A stretch of DNA of 63,972 nt, filler included, from Pseudogymnoascus verrucosus (taxonomy: Eukaryota): assembly GCA_001662655.1 (NCBI GenBank). It is 5 parts of 5 records of this genome, joined end to end, with 100 filler letters (N's around TTAATTAATTAA, not from the genome) between each part and the next. Parts side by side here need not be neighbours in the genome. Positions count along the whole stretch, not along the records: positions 47,344 to 62,180 come from KV460303.1; positions 62,281 to 63,972 come from KV460340.1; 3 more parts are not named here. The stretch is one strand, 5' to 3'. Positions 60,225 to 63,972 of the stretch are shown here, one piece after another; the stretch's first letter is position 1; each line of letters starts with the position of its first letter. The notes under the pieces were generated by a model. The model was not told the origin of the DNA, did no database searches, and saw only the letters and a list, made by a program, of their open reading frames with translations. A program made the translations under genes and the position numbers.

Positions 60225-60861
60225 AACCGTGCCACTCCACCGATCATCTTGTCGCAGTTTTCCGTAACCCGGTGAGTTATGCAAGTGCTTCTGTTAAGAG
60301 TGATCTCGGCGCGGCAAAAATATAATACCCTAGCGCAAACCCGCAGAAGAATAGAAACGTCGCCGGCGGAAAAAGACGCTGACCCCCCCTCAGGCCTAGC
60401 CCCGATTCCCTAGCCCCCCGGTAGCTACGGCCTCCGTAGCCAACCCTGCTAGAAGCCTCGTCGCCAACGAGGCAATTGTCAGATCTAAGAGCGACAGTGT
60501 CGATATCGCTGCAGCAGCACTAGTAGAAGGCCCTACAGACGCGGGTGATCGTGAGGCATCCAAGTTCATGTCTAGGACGTCGATCCTAGCCTAAAAACAG
60601 CTGAATTAGCACGCTGCAGGCGTGTTGTAATAGTCACATGATCTCACGTGATCTCCGTACGGAATACCGGTAATTCCCAGTAGTAGATTACATAGTCAGT
60701 AATACATCAATTTTCTTACTCAATAGTTATGAGCCTAGAGCAAATCTAATACGCAATTTGAAGGTTCTAATAGCCTTGTACGGACCTACAGAACACCTCC
60801 TAGGGCGCTAGCTATTAATATGGCGGCCCTATAGAAGGTAGGGGAGTCCTCACCAACCTAA

Positions 60862-61201
60862 TGTTACGGCCCTCGGGGAAACTATGGACCGTGCAGGTTT
60901 CCGATATTAGAACAGAGTATCTGCTGTCGGAAACCAGACAGCGTACGACCTTGTTGGGTCGAACGACTGAGCCGAGCGCCAGAACATCAGTGGCGCCAGA
61001 CCCAATCGGGCCAGGGGACTGAGCCGGGCGCACGACCCGGGAGCGTAGACCCCATTTAGGTACATAAGGGGTAGGAAGCTACAAGCTCCCCCTTGATCTT
61101 TTTTATATCCTTTATAGTAGACCTATAGAATTGCACTAACTTATATCTAACTTGCACTCCTATATGCCACTTCTTGTAATATAGTGCCCTGTGTCCTTAC
61201 A
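60862..61201 (+). mobile_element. LTR related to the Gypsy LTR at 54560-54858, opposite orientation, RIP-mutated
   Basis: TGTTACGGCC...GTGCCCTGTGTCCTTACA; 3' ~110 bp match the reverse complement of 54560-54670. No clear target-site duplication. Confidence 0.65.
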
Positions 61202-62180
61202 CTTATAAGATAACTGTATTAAACAAATATGTTTTTATTGTCTGTAGAAGAGTTGGTTAGTAAACACTCCTATAGGGGTGTACTATATCTGATTATTTCC
61301 CAATAAACAAGGATACTAAAGAGACAACGCTTTACATTAACATTAAGTTAGAGAGTTTGCGCAATATCCTAAGGGTTATCTTAGGAGATGTTTAAGGAAT
61401 TAGCTTAAAAGAACCAGTCCTATCTATGTGTCTTCTCTGTTTCTATAGATTAACCAACCTTGATTAATTGTCTTTTAGGTTAAGCAGAATCTCTTACACT
61501 ACTATCTACCTAAAATAGAGTTATATTAAGGACTAAAACTCTATTAGGACGTTAACTAGAGTAAGATTACTAATGAATCACATTTAGAGTTGCTTATCAA
61601 TTACATTAAGATAGCCTATAGACCCATAAGATAGAGACTAAACTCTCTCTTAGAAGACAGCTACATTACATATAACCTGCTTTAGGCCCTCTTTAAACTA
61701 AATACCTTAGTATACACTAAGTGTTTTAGCATAGGAAAGCTAAGATATGTTAAGTATGATTTTAGAGAAGAACAGAAGACAAACAGTAGGGTGAAGTACT
61801 TTTATATAGAAGGTTGTTATCTTAATTTTAATAGAAAGGTACTTAGTAAAGCAGTAATTCATCTTTTAATTAAAAAGTTTTAAGGCGCTAAGCGGATAGA
61901 TATGTAACGCTGGGTCTTAAACTATAAGACTCACAGAGGTTTCGTTGCGTTGGTTTACTTAACAGAGGAGGCAGGGGATTAGACACAAAGGCTTTCGTAA
62001 AACACGTTACAGTATATAACAAATACTATATTGAGTTGAGCACGAAGCTCCTATCTAAGAACTAACTATCTACTTATATAGTGGCGTCGTGCTAAAGGGA
62101 ATAGTTGGAATAGCAAACTCCTTTGCTATTCTTGCTATTCCTGCTATTCCATCACGTGGGTTATTCTCTTTCTGGTACCT

Positions 62181-62280
62181 NNNNNNNNNNNNNNNNNNNN
62201 NNNNNNNNNNNNNNNNNNNNNNNNTTAATTAATTAANNNNNNNNNNNNNNNNNNNNNNNNNNNNNNNNNNNNNNNNNNNN
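62181..62280. other. Artificial scaffold spacer
   Basis: TTAATTAATTAA at 62225-62236 within N runs. Confidence 0.95.
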
Positions 62281-62689
62281 AAATCCTAAAAATAGAGCTA
62301 AATGGAATCAAAGAGTTTTGCTTAGAAGGTAGTTTCGAATTCTACTGTACCTATAACTTTATAGACAAACCCTAATTGCACATCCGCAAGTAGACACTGC
62401 AAATAAAATGAACATATATAGTGGCTAGCTTTCCTGATCCTTGCTGCTTATTTAGGCAGAAGATACAGTTTACTAGTGTAGTGGACCTTATTAGATCATA
62501 TGTAACTGTGCATATTTTCGATGCTTCCCCTGCCTTGAAAATCGGCTTAGAAATTAGAACTTGCGTTAATAGTAATGTCTAAATGAGATTTCCCCAACTA
62601 AGTCCTGTCCTGTTTTGCTAAGGCAAGCGCTATAGACACTAAGTTTTTGATCTTAGAGGCTTATTAGTAATTGTCTATTACTGCGAGGA

Positions 62690-63938
62690 GAGGACTTACA
62701 TCCTAACTGTTGAGCTCCCTTTGCACTAGGTCCTTAAGGTCTAAGCTGTTGTAATCTAGCAGTACTTAACCTGTAAATGCCTTCCTTAGAAAGCCTTTCT
62801 AGATACTCCTTCTTTAATCTGCACTAAGAGTATTATAGTTGATCTTAAACTAGATTCTGCTAGCAATAGCATCATTAATATGTGCAACCTAATTAGTTGT
62901 TAGGAACATAATGCCTTAGTAATATTTAAGAGTTCGTAAGAATACACAGACTATAGCATTGCAAATTATCTCTAAGGGCAAGCGCTGCTCTAAGTAAATA
63001 TCCGCTTCATTAAGTAGGAGAAGAGCATTCCATCTTAAAGCGCGTTAGAAGATACCTAGAAGGCGCGCCTCTACGCTTTCTACACTTATGCCCAACTCGC
63101 CTATAGAGACCTGTATTATTAGTATATGCAGTAGAATAGTGTCTAAGCTAACATACTAAATAGAGTGGCTTCTAAACATGCTTAGATAGGACCTTAGCTG
63201 TTAAAGTCTTCCCTACACCTAGTAGGCTGCTATATAAAAGTCAGTATAAGACTATTAATTCATATAATTAGTCACTGTACTATAGAAGCACATTGAGGCC
63301 CTAGCCTTTCCTAGCAACAAAATTATCAAAACTGTTACTAGATGTCTATGCTATATAAGCCTTAGAAAGAGCCTATATAGCCTTCTTTTTTGTGTTAGGG
63401 ATTTGAAGATAAGCAAGAGCAGTAGGCTGCCATTTAATGTCCTTAATGTCATTAACAGCAAATTCAACTATAGATGTGTTAGTTAGACAAGAACCTCAAT
63501 TATACTAAACTAGGATGCTTACACTATAACTTCCTCTTAAAGCTGAAACTAAGTACTATTAGACAGTATAGGAGTACATCATCTCTAGCCACCTTAGCTA
63601 ATTCCTTTACAATTCTTTTAACAACGTCTATAGACGTTTTAGTGGTACCCTCTACATTTAAAAAGAGCCAAATATTAGATGAAGATTTAGAAGGCTTGCT
63701 AATGCTAGGTCTCTTGTAATTTAGGTTGATTTCTTTAAAGTAGGCTAGATCAACTATAATTCAACCCTTAATAGTCACCTTAATTAGACGTCCTTTCTCT
63801 ATGTAGAAGGCCTTCTTATAGTACTTAACGTGATAGGTACCTATTAATCTAAGAAATTTGCAACTACACTTAAGCAGTTACACCCTTACATTGCTCTTGT
63901 CTAGGTGGTATTAAAGAGGAAATACTTTAAGAGTATCT
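62690..63938 (-). pseudogene. Heavily RIP-mutated fungal AAA+ ATPase gene with introns
   Basis: FDNFVARKG*GLNVLL, SLLGVGKTLTAK (Walker A, GPPGVGKTLTAE de-RIPed, ~63229-63193), WNALLLLNEADIYLEQR (Walker B), FLRTLKYY*GIMFLTTN. Ends approximate. Confidence 0.85.
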
Positions 63939-63972
63939 TGTTACGGCTGGGGTTTTCGGCGGCACTATCGCC
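63939..63972 (+). mobile_element. Possible start of another LTR
   Basis: TGTTACGGC start identical to the LTR at 60862, with an abrupt switch from AT-rich to GC-rich sequence. Confidence 0.4.

Noticed and set aside
61210..62180. AT-rich segment as a gene
   Set aside because: RIP-type degraded sequence with stops throughout; I could not assign a family.

Overview
Filamentous ascomycete genomic DNA: GT-AG introns with CTAAC/CTGAC branch sites, TTAGGG telomere repeats and RIP-mutated repeats. The gene set would fit a Leotiomycete such as Pseudogymnoascus, but the species cannot be proven from sequence alone. The window is five pieces joined by artificial 100-nt N44-TTAATTAATTAA-N44 spacers, so adjacency between pieces is not biological. 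Piece 1 (1-16081) is a chromosome end: telomere repeats joined inside a RIP'd DUF3505-like gene, a rhodopsin-domain (PTH11-like) gene, a purine nucleoside permease gene and a diverged 2.4-kb duplication. Piece 2 (16182-31678) is mostly core genes (RBM39/Rsd1-like, SCS7, HET-C-domain, SEC65) plus an orphan ending in an RNase T1-like domain. Piece 3 (31779-47243) is the most unusual. It has a ~14-unit non-coding array whose conserved cores carry helically phased TCAGTT motifs and whose unit lengths step by ~10.5 bp (183/194/204/215). Next to it are a disrupted long coiled-coil gene, a divergent GIY-YIG-like nuclease gene, two more orphans and three more repeat arrays. Piece 4 (47344-62180) has a RIP'd chromoviral Gypsy element with a spliced antisense Zn-cluster-like gene, inserted in a Fot1/pogo element, followed by a Zn2Cys6 TF and MFS transporter pair. 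Piece 5 (62281-63972) is a RIP'd AAA ATPase relic. All family assignments come from motif recognition by eye; no searches were run.
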